Shown: positions 19,076 through 28,384, counted from the stretch's first letter. The stretch: 64,000 bases of DNA from Candidatus Moraniibacteriota bacterium (GCA_013334575.1 JAAXXG010000001.1:41280-105279), one strand, 5' to 3'. Numbers and translations are program-made. Notes: a model not told the origin generated them from the letters alone.

Positions 19076-20107
19076 ATGAAGTTCGGTTTGGAGCGCCGGT
19101 CCAAGAAGTCGGAAGCCGAGGGAGCGCGGAAGACGAAGTTCGAAAAGCCGCTTACCTATCTCCTATCCGGCATGATGCTTGTCGGCGGCGCACACGGTGC
19201 CTCGAAGATGGCGGAAAAACAGGCCGAAGCGCAGCGCGAGAAGCAGCGGAAGGAGCTTGTACAGCGGCACGAGCGCGAGATGCGCGCCCGGGAATCGGAT
19301 CGCGAACGCCTTACTAAGCTTGCCTCCGAAAGGAATCCAATAGCCGAACAGTTTGATTTCGACCGGGCGCATACGGATATCAGGGCAGAGACCGTGCGAG
19401 CCGCCGCTGAACATTGGTATGCGCGGAACATGGAAGGCGATTTTAGGGAAAAATTCTCGGGGGCGGCCGAGAAACTCGAGCGGCATTGGTCGGAGATAGG
19501 GGTGAACTTCGAACGGAACGACGTTCCGACGGAGTTCGCTACGCTTGCCATACAGGAAAGCTATCTGGAAGATACGAAGGATGGGAAGACCTACGGGGCG
19601 TATCAGTTGACGAAGATGAACGTGAATCGGTTTCATGTTCGCGACACGCATAGTCTTCGTGAGACATCGCGCGGTGCCGCCGAACTAATCGCGTCGATCG
19701 GACAGGAGATGCACAATCGTGGCATCGAAGAGCCTGCCTTTGTCACGCTCGCGTATAATGGTACGTTTGCGGTGCCATTTTTACTCAAGTGGAAGAAGAA
19801 TCATCCTGATCATCAGCCGACCATTGATGATTTCTGTCGATACATGAGCGACAGGGTGAATGCTGAGCGTGCACGTATCATCCGAGAGTATGGTCGTGGG
19901 AAAGATGCTCGTGAGCGATTTCACGATGCGGTCTACCCTATGCAGATAAATATCGATTATCTCGCGAAGTTTGAGGGAACGCTCCGGACGATCAAGAAGA
20001 TGCAGGATGACAATCGGATCCATGTCACGATGGTCGGACATTCCGATCCTTCGACGCTGGTCGCACAGGGGTCCGAGAAGTCCAATTCGGATAGGCGGGA
20101 GGGATAA
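19076..20107 (+). CDS. Membrane-anchored divergent lytic transglycosylase (SLT/MltD-like)
   Basis: TM plus coiled coil, then VP.EF..LAIQES (catalytic Glu), YGAYQL, AAEL and LAYNG motifs. Confidence 0.6.
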   Translation: MKFGLERRSKKSEAEGARKTKFEKPLTYLLSGMMLVGGAHGASKMAEKQAEAQREKQRKELVQRHEREMRARESDRERLTKLASERNPIAEQFDFDRAHTDIRAETVRAAAEHWYARNMEGDFREKFSGAAEKLERHWSEIGVNFERNDVPTEFATLAIQESYLEDTKDGKTYGAYQLTKMNVNRFHVRDTHSLRETSRGAAELIASIGQEMHNRGIEEPAFVTLAYNGTFAVPFLLKWKKNHPDHQPTIDDFCRYMSDRVNAERARIIREYGRGKDARERFHDAVYPMQINIDYLAKFEGTLRTIKKMQDDNRIHVTMVGHSDPSTLVAQGSEKSNSDRREG

Positions 20108-20180
20108 GGGGAAGAGACACGATCTCAAAACCGAGGATGCGATACGCTTCCCTGATAGCATGGGGAATATTTTCCGGGGA

Positions 20181-20208
20181 TTGACGGAAGTCGATAATAC
20201 GCTATAAT
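20181..20208 (+). promoter_or_regulatory. Sigma70 promoter
   Basis: TTGACG-16 nt-TATAAT. Confidence 0.65.
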
Positions 20209-20274
20209 GCGATGTTTTCGTTAAAACATCGCATATTTCAAAACGGGAGGAAACTCCCACGAACCGTTATCATC

Positions 20275-20838
20275 ATGAAAAAACTCACCCGTTTACTGTT
20301 CCTTTGCGCAGTCGTTTTTGCGCTTATCCACTCGTCGCTTTCGGCGAAGGAGAGGTCATGCCTTTGGAAAGAAGTTTTTGTTCCGCTGGATACGGCATGC
20401 TCAAGAAACGATGATATCTATGTAAAATTATCCGGGAAGTTCAGAGTGCTTGATGTGGATCGGAACGGGGCTAGAATGCTCGCTCATGGAGAAGCCGCAC
20501 CAGACTTCGCAGGGCTTGAAGATGACATTTGTAAAAAAAACCAGCAATCGACCTATCCGGTGATGATCTACTGCCATCCGATGCGCATAATCACGAAAAC
20601 GGAGGAGACAAAAATCATCAGCAATTTCAAGCAGCAATTTCCGGGAAAACAAGGATACCTGATATTCTTTATCGGTCAGGAACAGGGTGGTTGTCTTATG
20701 ACAGCGTCAAGCGATGATGAATTGCGGCTTATGAGTGCCGAACTGGATCGCATCGTTTCACGTGCAGGAGCTACTAGGGATGGTAGCGGACGCTGGAATT
20801 GTATAAGGCCGCACATGTTGCCGAACGCAATCCTCTAA
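20275..20838 (+). CDS. Secreted Cys-containing hypothetical protein (lower GC)
   Basis: MKKLTRLLFLCAVVFALIHSSLSA signal peptide; own promoter and terminator. Confidence 0.6.
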   Translation: MKKLTRLLFLCAVVFALIHSSLSAKERSCLWKEVFVPLDTACSRNDDIYVKLSGKFRVLDVDRNGARMLAHGEAAPDFAGLEDDICKKNQQSTYPVMIYCHPMRIITKTEETKIISNFKQQFPGKQGYLIFFIGQEQGGCLMTASSDDELRLMSAELDRIVSRAGATRDGSGRWNCIRPHMLPNAIL

Positions 20839-20888
20839 ACATAAGCGGTTGATTATTGAAAGCTCCCGGACAGAGATTCGGGAGCTTT

Positions 20889-21103
20889 TTTCGGCGGCTT
20901 CGTTTCTGTGGGTCGTGCAGGGCTCTCCCTCACCTCTCGTCGCGCCGTCGCGCGACTCGGGCTGGGCACCACCTCGCGGTTTTGTCCTCTGACAAAACCC
21001 GCTCCGGCGTTCTCGCCCTGAGGAAGCGGAATCGTCCGCTTCCTTACGACCCAAACGAAAACCGCCTTTCGGCGGCTTCGTTTCTGTGGGTCGTGCAGGG
21101 CTC
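20889..21103. repeat. 37-bp direct repeat (tRNA-Lys 3' end plus flank) enclosing a fold-back element
   Basis: TTTCGGCGGCTTCGTTTCTGTGGGTCGTGCAGGGCTC at 20889-20925 and 21067-21103. Confidence 0.85.
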
Positions 21104-21159
21104 GAACCTGCGACCGTTGGCTTAAAAGGCCACTGCTCTACCAGCTGAGCTAACGACCC
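21087..21159 (-). tRNA. tRNA-Lys(TTT), CCA not encoded
   Basis: Minus strand reads GGGTCGTTAGCTCAGCTGGTAGAGCAGTGGCCTTTTAAGCCAACGGTCGCAGGTTCGAGCCCTGCACGACCCA. Confidence 0.95.
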
Positions 21160-21201
21160 GGAATATGCCGATCCCGATCTTTCATTTTATTTCCGGTGCC
21201 A

Positions 21202-21379
21202 TTGTCGTCTAGGGCTCGGTCACGGATATCTTTCACGCCGTCGCATGAAAGATTCCTCGACCCCGGCTCGCTGTCCGGTCTGCTGACCAAACGACGCTCC
21301 GCCTTTCGAATCCTGACGGATTCGAACCTGCGACCGTTGGCTTAAAAGGCCACTGCTCTGCCAGCTGAGCCAACGACCC
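21202..21379 (-). pseudogene. tRNA-Lys pseudogene interrupted at the T-loop by a ~105-nt hairpin element
   Basis: 21379-21322 matches the intact tRNA with 2 substitutions; the insert follows, then a degenerate 3' end GAGCCCTAGACGACAA. Confidence 0.75.
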
Positions 21380-21391
21380 GGAAACATGGCA

Positions 21392-21420
21392 AGTATATAC
21401 TTGCTCTTACAAGGCGTCAA
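21392..21420 (-). promoter_or_regulatory. Sigma70 promoter for the tRNA-Lys locus
   Basis: Minus strand TTGACG-17 nt-TATACT. Confidence 0.75.
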
Positions 21421-21499
21421 TCAGTCGCTTTTCGGGCATCGGTCCTTCTGATATACTGATTCCGTGCCGGAAACGGCCGAAAATAACCATCGGACCAAT

Positions 21500-22618
21500 A
21501 TGAAACGGGCCGCGTTGTTGGGAATACCTCTGTTGGCATTGATGCTTTCCGGCTGTTCATCGTCTCAGACTCCTTCGGACGGCCAGAAGTCGCTCATTCC
21601 GGAAGGCCTCGTTTCCAAGAATGAGAAGGGAAGTGTCTGGAAGAGCGACGACGGAGGAGAGAGCTTTCATGTGAGTTCGACCGTCGACGCGACGAGGTCG
21701 ATCGACAAGGCGGATATTCTGTCGATCAGTTTTCATCCGACGAAGCCGATGTCGGTCATCCTGGGGACGGTCAACGACGGAGTCTTCAAGACCGAGGATG
21801 GCGGCGATACCTGGATGCCGATAGCCTTTCCCCCGAAACGGATTTACAGTTTCATCATCGACCGCAAGGACCCGGACAACCGCATGTTCGTCTCCGGTGT
21901 CGTGAACGGGCACGGAAAGATTTTCCGGACGGACGATGACGGGACCGCGTGGCACGAGGTGTATTCGGAGCCGGGCGAGAACACGTTCATTTCCTCGCTC
22001 GCGCAGGATCCGTTCGATGCCGCCGTCATCTATGCCGGAACGAGCGCCGGGACGCTGCTGAAGTCCGGGGACGCCGGGGCCACCTGGGGAAACGTAAGCG
22101 TGCCGGATACCGGAACCGGGATCGTGGCCGACATCGTCTTCGATCCGAAGAGGCGCGGATCCGTCTCGTTCCTTTCCTATACGAACAAGATGTTCCATTC
22201 CGACGATGGCGGGGTTACGTGGATAGACTGGGATCAGGTGCGACGGAACGACCGATCGCTCGAGAATCAGCAGGCGCCGAATCAGATGCTTACGCTGGTT
22301 GCCGATCCGTCGGTCTCCGGGACGTTGTATGCCGGGACCGGATCCTCCGGTATGTACCGGACGACGGATAACGGACGTACCTGGACCAAGATAAACATCA
22401 TCGAGAGTGCGGAGAAGTTCCCGATCAAATCGATAGCCGTGGACCCGAAGGATCCGCGTCGGATCGTATTCGTTGCGGGAAAGGCCTTTTACCGCTCGAC
22501 GGACGGCGGATCCACCTGGTCCGTCACGGCGCTCAACTCGGATCGCTCCGCGTCGGTCGCCGCATATGACCCGTTCGACTCCCGGTTCGTGTTCGTAGGC
22601 CTGAGGAGTTCGCAGTAA
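21500..22618 (+). CDS. BNR/Asp-box beta-propeller lipoprotein (YCF48/VPS10-like)
   Basis: LSG-C lipobox and repeated S/T-x-D-G-G-x-T-W boxes. Confidence 0.85.
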   Translation: MKRAALLGIPLLALMLSGCSSSQTPSDGQKSLIPEGLVSKNEKGSVWKSDDGGESFHVSSTVDATRSIDKADILSISFHPTKPMSVILGTVNDGVFKTEDGGDTWMPIAFPPKRIYSFIIDRKDPDNRMFVSGVVNGHGKIFRTDDDGTAWHEVYSEPGENTFISSLAQDPFDAAVIYAGTSAGTLLKSGDAGATWGNVSVPDTGTGIVADIVFDPKRRGSVSFLSYTNKMFHSDDGGVTWIDWDQVRRNDRSLENQQAPNQMLTLVADPSVSGTLYAGTGSSGMYRTTDNGRTWTKINIIESAEKFPIKSIAVDPKDPRRIVFVAGKAFYRSTDGGSTWSVTALNSDRSASVAAYDPFDSRFVFVGLRSSQ

Positions 22619-22645
22619 CGTATTAAGCAGGGAAATCGAAGGCAT

Positions 22646-23209
22646 ATGAGCTTGATCAAGGACATACTCGAGGGCGGCGGCGGACGTTTCGGTGCGGCGG
22701 TGGAACATTTTCGGTCGGAAGCGGCGAAGCTTCGTACCGGACGGGCTCACCCGTCGCTGGTGGAAGACCTGCTGGTCGACTATTACGGTACGAAGACTCC
22801 CGTGAAACAGCTTGCGAGCGTTTCGGTTCCGGAATCCCGGACGATCCTGATCCAGCCGTGGGACATCTCCGGACTGCAGGCCGTGGCGGACGCGATACGC
22901 GTATCCGATCTCGGTCTCAATCCGGCGGACGACGGTCGCGTCATCAGGTTGTCGTTGCCGGCTCTCACGGAAGACCGTCGCAAGGAGCTTGTCAGGACGC
23001 TGAACGCCCGAATGGAAGACGCCCGCGTCTCCATCCGCACTACCCGCGAGGAACTGTGGAAGGAGATCCAGCAATACGAGAAGGAAGGTTTGATCGGGGA
23101 AGACGAGAAGTTTTCCGGCAAGGACGAGCTGCAGAAGGAGGTCGACCGCTTCAACGCGGAGCTTGAATCGGTCCGGAGAAAGAAAGAGGAGGAGATCATG
23201 ACGGTCTGA
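22646..23209 (+). CDS. frr: Ribosome recycling factor
   Basis: LRTGRA.P, DYYG..TP, IQPWD, DLGLNP, P.LTEDRRKEL, KE.EIM. Confidence 0.97.
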   Translation: MSLIKDILEGGGGRFGAAVEHFRSEAAKLRTGRAHPSLVEDLLVDYYGTKTPVKQLASVSVPESRTILIQPWDISGLQAVADAIRVSDLGLNPADDGRVIRLSLPALTEDRRKELVRTLNARMEDARVSIRTTREELWKEIQQYEKEGLIGEDEKFSGKDELQKEVDRFNAELESVRRKKEEEIMTV

Positions 23210-23227
23210 TAACGTAACCGCACGACC

Positions 23228-24385
23228 ATGACCATCGGCACGCTCGTTATCTTCATCGTGATGCTCGGCGTACTCGTGCTTGTGCACGAGTACGGGCACT
23301 ACTTCGTCGCCGTTCGGAGCGGCATCAGGGCCGAAGAGTTCGGTTTCGGATTCCCGCCGCGACTCGTCGGCTTTTATCGCAAGCGCGGTTCCGGGAAGTG
23401 GGGCGTGGTCCTGGGGGAGCGGGAGGCGGAAACGGACGGCACGGTATGGTCCCTTAACTGGATACCGTTCGGCGGGTTCGTGCGCATGAAGGGCGAGGAC
23501 GAAAACGCGCGACGCGATCGGGACAGCTTCGCCTCCAAAGGCGTATGGACGCGCGTGGCCGTGCTGTCGGCCGGAGTCGTCATGAATTTCCTGCTTGCGT
23601 GGGCGATCGTTTCCGCGCTCTACGTCGTAGGCGTCCCTCGCACGGTCACCGACGAGACACGGGCGAACGCTTCGGACGTGTCGGTGATGATCATGTCGGT
23701 CGCGAAATCGTCTCCGGCGGAGGAGATGGGCCTGCGCCCCGGAGACCGGATCGTCGCGATAGAAGGAGAGTCCGTTTCGGGACTGACCGAGGCGAAGCAG
23801 GCGATCGATTCCCGGCGCGGGACGGAGACTGTGATCTCGATCGACCGTTCCGGGACGAGGATGGATCTTCACGGGACTCCGCGCTCGGTGACGCCGGAGA
23901 ACGAAGGCGCGCTCGGTATCGCGTTCGCGGAGATGGGTATCGTACGGTATCCGTGGTACGAGGCGCCGTTCCGCGGAGCGGTCGCGACATGGAACGCGTC
24001 GGTATCGGTCGCATCGGCCCTGTTCGAGATCGTCCGCGGAATCGTTCTCGGACGTTCCGGTGCCGGCGATGTCACCGGCCCGATCGGCATCGTCTATGCG
24101 ACACGGGAGGTGGCGGATCTGGGCCCCGCGTATCTGTTGCAGTTCGCCGCCATCCTTTCCATCAACCTTGCTATCTTCAATATCCTGCCGATTCCGGCAC
24201 TCGACGGGGGTCGGATCCTGTTCGTCCTTATCGAGAAGTTCAAGGGGGCGCCGGTCCGGGAAATCGTCGAACAGCGGTTTCACCAGATAGGATTCCTGCT
24301 GCTGTTGCTGCTGATGTTGGCGGTGACCGTCAGGGACGTCGCCCAGTTTCGGATACTCGAGAAGGTCTGGCAGCTGATTACGTAG
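23228..24385 (+). CDS. rseP: RIP metalloprotease RseP
   Basis: HEYGH, FG.GF, P.GGFVRM.GE, PDZ domain, NILPIPALDGG. Confidence 0.95.
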   Translation: MTIGTLVIFIVMLGVLVLVHEYGHYFVAVRSGIRAEEFGFGFPPRLVGFYRKRGSGKWGVVLGEREAETDGTVWSLNWIPFGGFVRMKGEDENARRDRDSFASKGVWTRVAVLSAGVVMNFLLAWAIVSALYVVGVPRTVTDETRANASDVSVMIMSVAKSSPAEEMGLRPGDRIVAIEGESVSGLTEAKQAIDSRRGTETVISIDRSGTRMDLHGTPRSVTPENEGALGIAFAEMGIVRYPWYEAPFRGAVATWNASVSVASALFEIVRGIVLGRSGAGDVTGPIGIVYATREVADLGPAYLLQFAAILSINLAIFNILPIPALDGGRILFVLIEKFKGAPVREIVEQRFHQIGFLLLLLLMLAVTVRDVAQFRILEKVWQLIT

Positions 24386-24499
24386 TTCGAAAAGCCTTAT
24401 ATAAGGGATTATTTATTCCCATACACCGCAGCGTCAGGCCGTATGCCGACGCTGCGATTCCTTTTGTGGGAATTACTCTGATTAAAAATCATTCGAATA

Positions 24500-24528
24500 T
24501 TGACAAAATGGCTTAGAAACGCTATTAT
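24500..24528 (+). promoter_or_regulatory. Sigma70 promoter
   Basis: TTGACA-17 nt-TATTAT. Confidence 0.65.
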
Positions 24529-24585
24529 ACCAGGTCGGATTTTCTCCGACTGATTCTCTTCGAAACGATTTCGAATCACAAGACT

Positions 24586-25218
24586 ATGGAACATTCGACA
24601 CTGCCCTTTGTTCTGCGCCGATGGCGAAAGGCCACTTTCGTCGGCGTTATGGTCGCCTCGCTGTCGTTCGTAGCCGTCTTCGTTTTCGGACCGGATTATT
24701 CCGTCCGGACGGACTATCTTGTCAGTCAGGATGGTGCCATGACCAAGGACTATTATTCGTTGACCCGTTCGGCGGAGTATATGAGCCGTATCCTTACGGA
24801 GGTGACGGGGAGCGAGCGTTTTATCGACGCGGTCATCGAGACCGGGAAGGTCGGGCAGGATTTTCTTCCTTCCGATAAGCGCGAACGACTCGCTTCGTGG
24901 AGGAGGATGGTCAGGATCGACAAGAAGCTCGACCTCGGCATTATCGGCGTTACGGTATCCGCCGACGACATGAAGTCGGCACAGAAGGTGTCGCTCGCGA
25001 TTTCGCAGGTCTTTACCGAGCGTAACGGCCGGTTTCTCGGCGGCGGGGATGCGAACGTCCCGGTCACGATCCTCTCCGGCCCGATAACGGAACGGAATCC
25101 TTCCGCAATACGGATCGCTATCGCCGTCCTGGGCGGATTCGCCGTAGGCTTTTTCGGATACCTGCTGCGCTCGTTCGTCGCCTCCATGTTCCGCGAGACG
25201 AAGGATCACGTTTCCTGA
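24586..25218 (+). CDS. Wzz/CapA-like polysaccharide co-polymerase
   Basis: Two TMs flanking an external domain; L.RRW, P.Y, and Pro/Gly-rich C-terminal TM. Confidence 0.65.
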   Translation: MEHSTLPFVLRRWRKATFVGVMVASLSFVAVFVFGPDYSVRTDYLVSQDGAMTKDYYSLTRSAEYMSRILTEVTGSERFIDAVIETGKVGQDFLPSDKRERLASWRRMVRIDKKLDLGIIGVTVSADDMKSAQKVSLAISQVFTERNGRFLGGGDANVPVTILSGPITERNPSAIRIAIAVLGGFAVGFFGYLLRSFVASMFRETKDHVS

Positions 25219-25456
25219 TCGATCTTCTCATGCCGGGTCGGAGCGCATTCTACGATCCGGACGAGAGGACCGATACCATGATATCGACGATATCGCGGTA
25301 GGCGATCCTCACGAGTTTGTTTACAATTCCATGACAGTCATGGTTCCGCCCGACCGGTGTCGGGATACGTGCATACCATCGCGCCACCGCGCGTCCATAG
25401 ATCGAACGAGTGTAATGATCCGAAACAAGCAATAAACGAGAAGGAGGGCAGCAGCG

Positions 25457-26401
25457 ATGACAGCTCTGCAGACATACGTAAGAAGGCTTCTCGTCGCGAT
25501 GTTTCTCCTGCTTGGAGGATGTGCGACGGTCGAGTCGAATACCGTCACTCTCAAGGGTGACAAGGGGAACGCGACGGAGCGGGTCCGCCGGGATATGACG
25601 ATCGCGATCGACCCGGTCGCATTCGCCGGGATTCCGTATACGGACGATATCAGGAACGGGAACTTCGTCGCCCTGTTGGCGACGTTTCCCCGTTCGGACG
25701 TTGCGTATTCGGAGTACCACTATTTCCGCGTGTCGTACCCGTGCTATGCGGTCGACGCGTCGGGAAAGGTGTATCCGGCACACGCCGTGTTTTCGGGTTA
25801 CGTCGGTGCTCGGCTGAGCGCGACCGTGATCGTCGAGGGCACGCGAACCGTTCCGGAGGATCTCCACATTATCTGGTTGTCTACCAGGGTGCGGAAAGCC
25901 TTCACGCTGGATGGGCCGGAAACGACGGAACCGCTCGATGAAAAGGTGTTCCGGGAGTCCGCATCGTATCGCCAGTCGTTCACGATGAACAACGGCTCGT
26001 CGGCACGGTCGCTCTCTCCCGTTAAAAGCGTGGATAAGGCGATCCGAAACTGGACGGTGTTCGAGACGAAGTCGGGCACGATCGTGTCACCGCTTTCCAT
26101 CGAACAGATACGCTTCCTGGCCCGGATCAACCCGATGTATTCCTTCAAGGAAAAGCTCATCGGGACCGGAAAGGGAGGCATCCAGATATCGTTCAATCCG
26201 ACGAACGACCTCATTATGAACGCCACGCAATTGGCGTTCAATATCGGGGTCGCCGCCGGTTCGAAGCCGATGGGACTCGACTACGAGTCGAACGTCTCGC
26301 GACTGGAGCTCGGTCGGAACACGCTGGTGCTTGAGGGTCTCATGCGCCAGCAGCAGTTGAAATTCGAATTCTTCAAGCAACCAACAAAAGGAGGGCAGTA
26401 A
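25457..26401 (+). CDS. Hypothetical lipoprotein
   Basis: SD AAGGAGG and LLGG-C lipobox; adjacent to the next gene (2-nt gap). Confidence 0.7.
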   Translation: MTALQTYVRRLLVAMFLLLGGCATVESNTVTLKGDKGNATERVRRDMTIAIDPVAFAGIPYTDDIRNGNFVALLATFPRSDVAYSEYHYFRVSYPCYAVDASGKVYPAHAVFSGYVGARLSATVIVEGTRTVPEDLHIIWLSTRVRKAFTLDGPETTEPLDEKVFRESASYRQSFTMNNGSSARSLSPVKSVDKAIRNWTVFETKSGTIVSPLSIEQIRFLARINPMYSFKEKLIGTGKGGIQISFNPTNDLIMNATQLAFNIGVAAGSKPMGLDYESNVSRLELGRNTLVLEGLMRQQQLKFEFFKQPTKGGQ

Positions 26402-26403
26402 CC

Positions 26404-28071
26404 GTGAAACGGAACTGGCATCTTCCGGTACTCGTCGTCCTGCTGATCCTCTGCGGAGGGTTCGTGGATGCAGGTGCCGTGGCACGGGCACAGTATGTCG
26501 TCCGCAAGGGCGACGTCATGTCCCGGCTGTTCGGAGCCGGCTACCGCAAGGTGGCGGCCGCGAGCGGCATCAAGGATCCGAACAGGATCAAGGTAGGGCA
26601 GAAGCTTACCATTCCCGACGGAGTCCGTTTCCGAAAGGAAACAGCCTCGTCCGGGAAATATGGCTTCGCGCTCAAGACGATCAACGGTGACTTCCGGTGG
26701 AAGAGCGGAAGGGATAAGTTGTCCGCGTTCCCGTCGAAAGGGTCATCTGCGATCAGGCTGCTCATGCCCGATCTCTCGGCAGTCGAGGCGAAAGTTCTCT
26801 GGGATCGGCTCTGCGCCGTCCCGACGAACGGCCGTTTCGAGAAAGGGGAGAACGGAGTCTTGTCCGCCGTGCTGGATGACAGCACCAAGACGAGACTCGA
26901 CCTGTCGAACGGCATGATGATCGGTGGTCGGAAAGCGATCCGTTTCACCGGAAATCTGAAGCTGGCGAAAGGTGATGCGTTGAAGACGGATCACCTGAGT
27001 GCGATCCGTGTCGGTGACCGATGGCTCATCCGTCCCGAGGTCTGTGGCAACCTGTTGCCCGGCCGCGGCGGCGAACGTCCTCCGGTCGTCGAGCCGCCCG
27101 TCGTACCATCAGTTCCGCCTGCCGCTCCGCCGTCTATCTCGGTGTTTCCGAACAAAGAGGGGTGTAACGCGGAATATGAACTCATCGTCGGTGCCGGTGT
27201 CTGGCAGAACGATCTTGCGAACGGGAGTTTCCAGTTCGGCGAAGGTATGATCTCCTGCCAGGTCGGCAACGGCTATTCCGCCGGTGTCGGATTCTACGGC
27301 TACCATGGCGAGGGTGAAAACGGCGAGGGCTACAGCTGGGAAGAGGGCGGAATAGGACCGCAGGTCGGCGTCAAGAGGAACTTCCTCAAGTCGCATCTCG
27401 ACGAGTTCGGTCAGGAGGTATTGTATCCGGCCGGATGGCAGCTTAAGTTCCGCTATCTGCCAAACGACTATGTCGAGGGCGGGAGCGACAGCTACCATGT
27501 CAAGCAGTGGGGGCATAAGTACGGCCTCTACGGCGAATACTGGCAGCGCGAGTCGGAAAACAGGATCGTCGGCGTGACCGGCGAGTACTGGTGGTACGAC
27601 CCGACGCGGTTCACATCATCCTGGTGTGGTGACAGCCCTCAGGACCGGGGAACGTGGAAGCTTGGCGTATACGACCAGCGACGCCTGAACGACCGTTGGC
27701 AGCTCCGGCTCGGCGCGAGCTATCTTCACCAGAACTGGGACAAGGTGAACTTCTTACAGCTCACTCCCGAGTTCAGGCTTGATGAGACGCTCATGCTGAC
27801 GCCGTGGGTGTCCATACCGCTTATCAACGACGTGAACCATGCCGGTCCGACGAAGGGCTTTACGGTCCGCCTCGAGGTTTGGGGCAAGTTCCGAAAGGAC
27901 TTCGAGAAGCGTTCCGAGCAGTCGGTCGTCGAGCTTGGCAAAGTCGGGGAATCAACCGACGAGAAGCCGGCAGATCCGGAAACGGTCGTCGCGGCTCCTG
28001 AAAAGGAAGCCGAAAGTCCGGCGGAATCGGTCGAAACGCCTGAAGCCGTCGATATCTACCAGGGTCAGTAA
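26404..28071 (+). CDS. Secreted LysM protein with Pro linker and predicted C-terminal beta-barrel
   Basis: SD plus GTG start, signal peptide, YVVRKGD...GIKDPNRIKVGQKLTIP LysM, Pro-rich linker, amphipathic beta-strands, acidic tail. Confidence 0.75.
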   Translation: MKRNWHLPVLVVLLILCGGFVDAGAVARAQYVVRKGDVMSRLFGAGYRKVAAASGIKDPNRIKVGQKLTIPDGVRFRKETASSGKYGFALKTINGDFRWKSGRDKLSAFPSKGSSAIRLLMPDLSAVEAKVLWDRLCAVPTNGRFEKGENGVLSAVLDDSTKTRLDLSNGMMIGGRKAIRFTGNLKLAKGDALKTDHLSAIRVGDRWLIRPEVCGNLLPGRGGERPPVVEPPVVPSVPPAAPPSISVFPNKEGCNAEYELIVGAGVWQNDLANGSFQFGEGMISCQVGNGYSAGVGFYGYHGEGENGEGYSWEEGGIGPQVGVKRNFLKSHLDEFGQEVLYPAGWQLKFRYLPNDYVEGGSDSYHVKQWGHKYGLYGEYWQRESENRIVGVTGEYWWYDPTRFTSSWCGDSPQDRGTWKLGVYDQRRLNDRWQLRLGASYLHQNWDKVNFLQLTPEFRLDETLMLTPWVSIPLINDVNHAGPTKGFTVRLEVWGKFRKDFEKRSEQSVVELGKVGESTDEKPADPETVVAAPEKEAESPAESVETPEAVDIYQGQ

Positions 28072-28170
28072 CATCTGATCCGAACGAAACGAAAGTTTCG
28101 CTCCGAAGGAGGATGCCGTACCGTGAAAAGGTGATGGCGTCCGTTCCGACGGAATGTCGAAAATTCCAAG

Positions 28171-28198
28171 AAGGGGATCCAACGAGATACCCCTTTTT
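28171..28198 (+). terminator. Intrinsic terminator
   Basis: AAGGGGAT...ATACCCCTTTTT. Confidence 0.55.
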
Positions 28199-28249
28199 GC
28201 GTTTTCGGAGTATATGGAACGACTCAAGGCTGACTTGAGGGATGGCCTC

Positions 28250-28278
28250 TTGACAAATGTAATATTTTGCGCTAAAGT
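28250..28278 (+). promoter_or_regulatory. Sigma70 promoter
   Basis: TTGACA-17 nt-TAAAGT. Confidence 0.55.
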
Positions 28279-28384
28279 GGAAGGCTTCGTTCGATAAAGG
28301 GACCAACGTTATCCTTTTTGCAGAGCGAGGCTCAAACTTCAGTAGTTTTAATAAACCTTTCCGCTCATAGGAGGAGCGGTTATC

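Noticed and set aside
19076-21103. Integrated prophage or island at tRNA-Lys
   Set aside because: The direct repeats are only 178 bp apart and no integrase or phage gene is present
21211-21320. Insert in the tRNA-Lys copy as a spliceable intron
   Set aside because: Too short for a group I/II intron, and removal would leave mismatched T and acceptor stems (CCTAG, ACGACAA)
21557-24283. 908-aa minus-strand ORF
   Set aside because: Antisense shadow of the BNR lipoprotein, frr and rseP; Arg/His-rich with no motifs, as expected from high-GC codon bias
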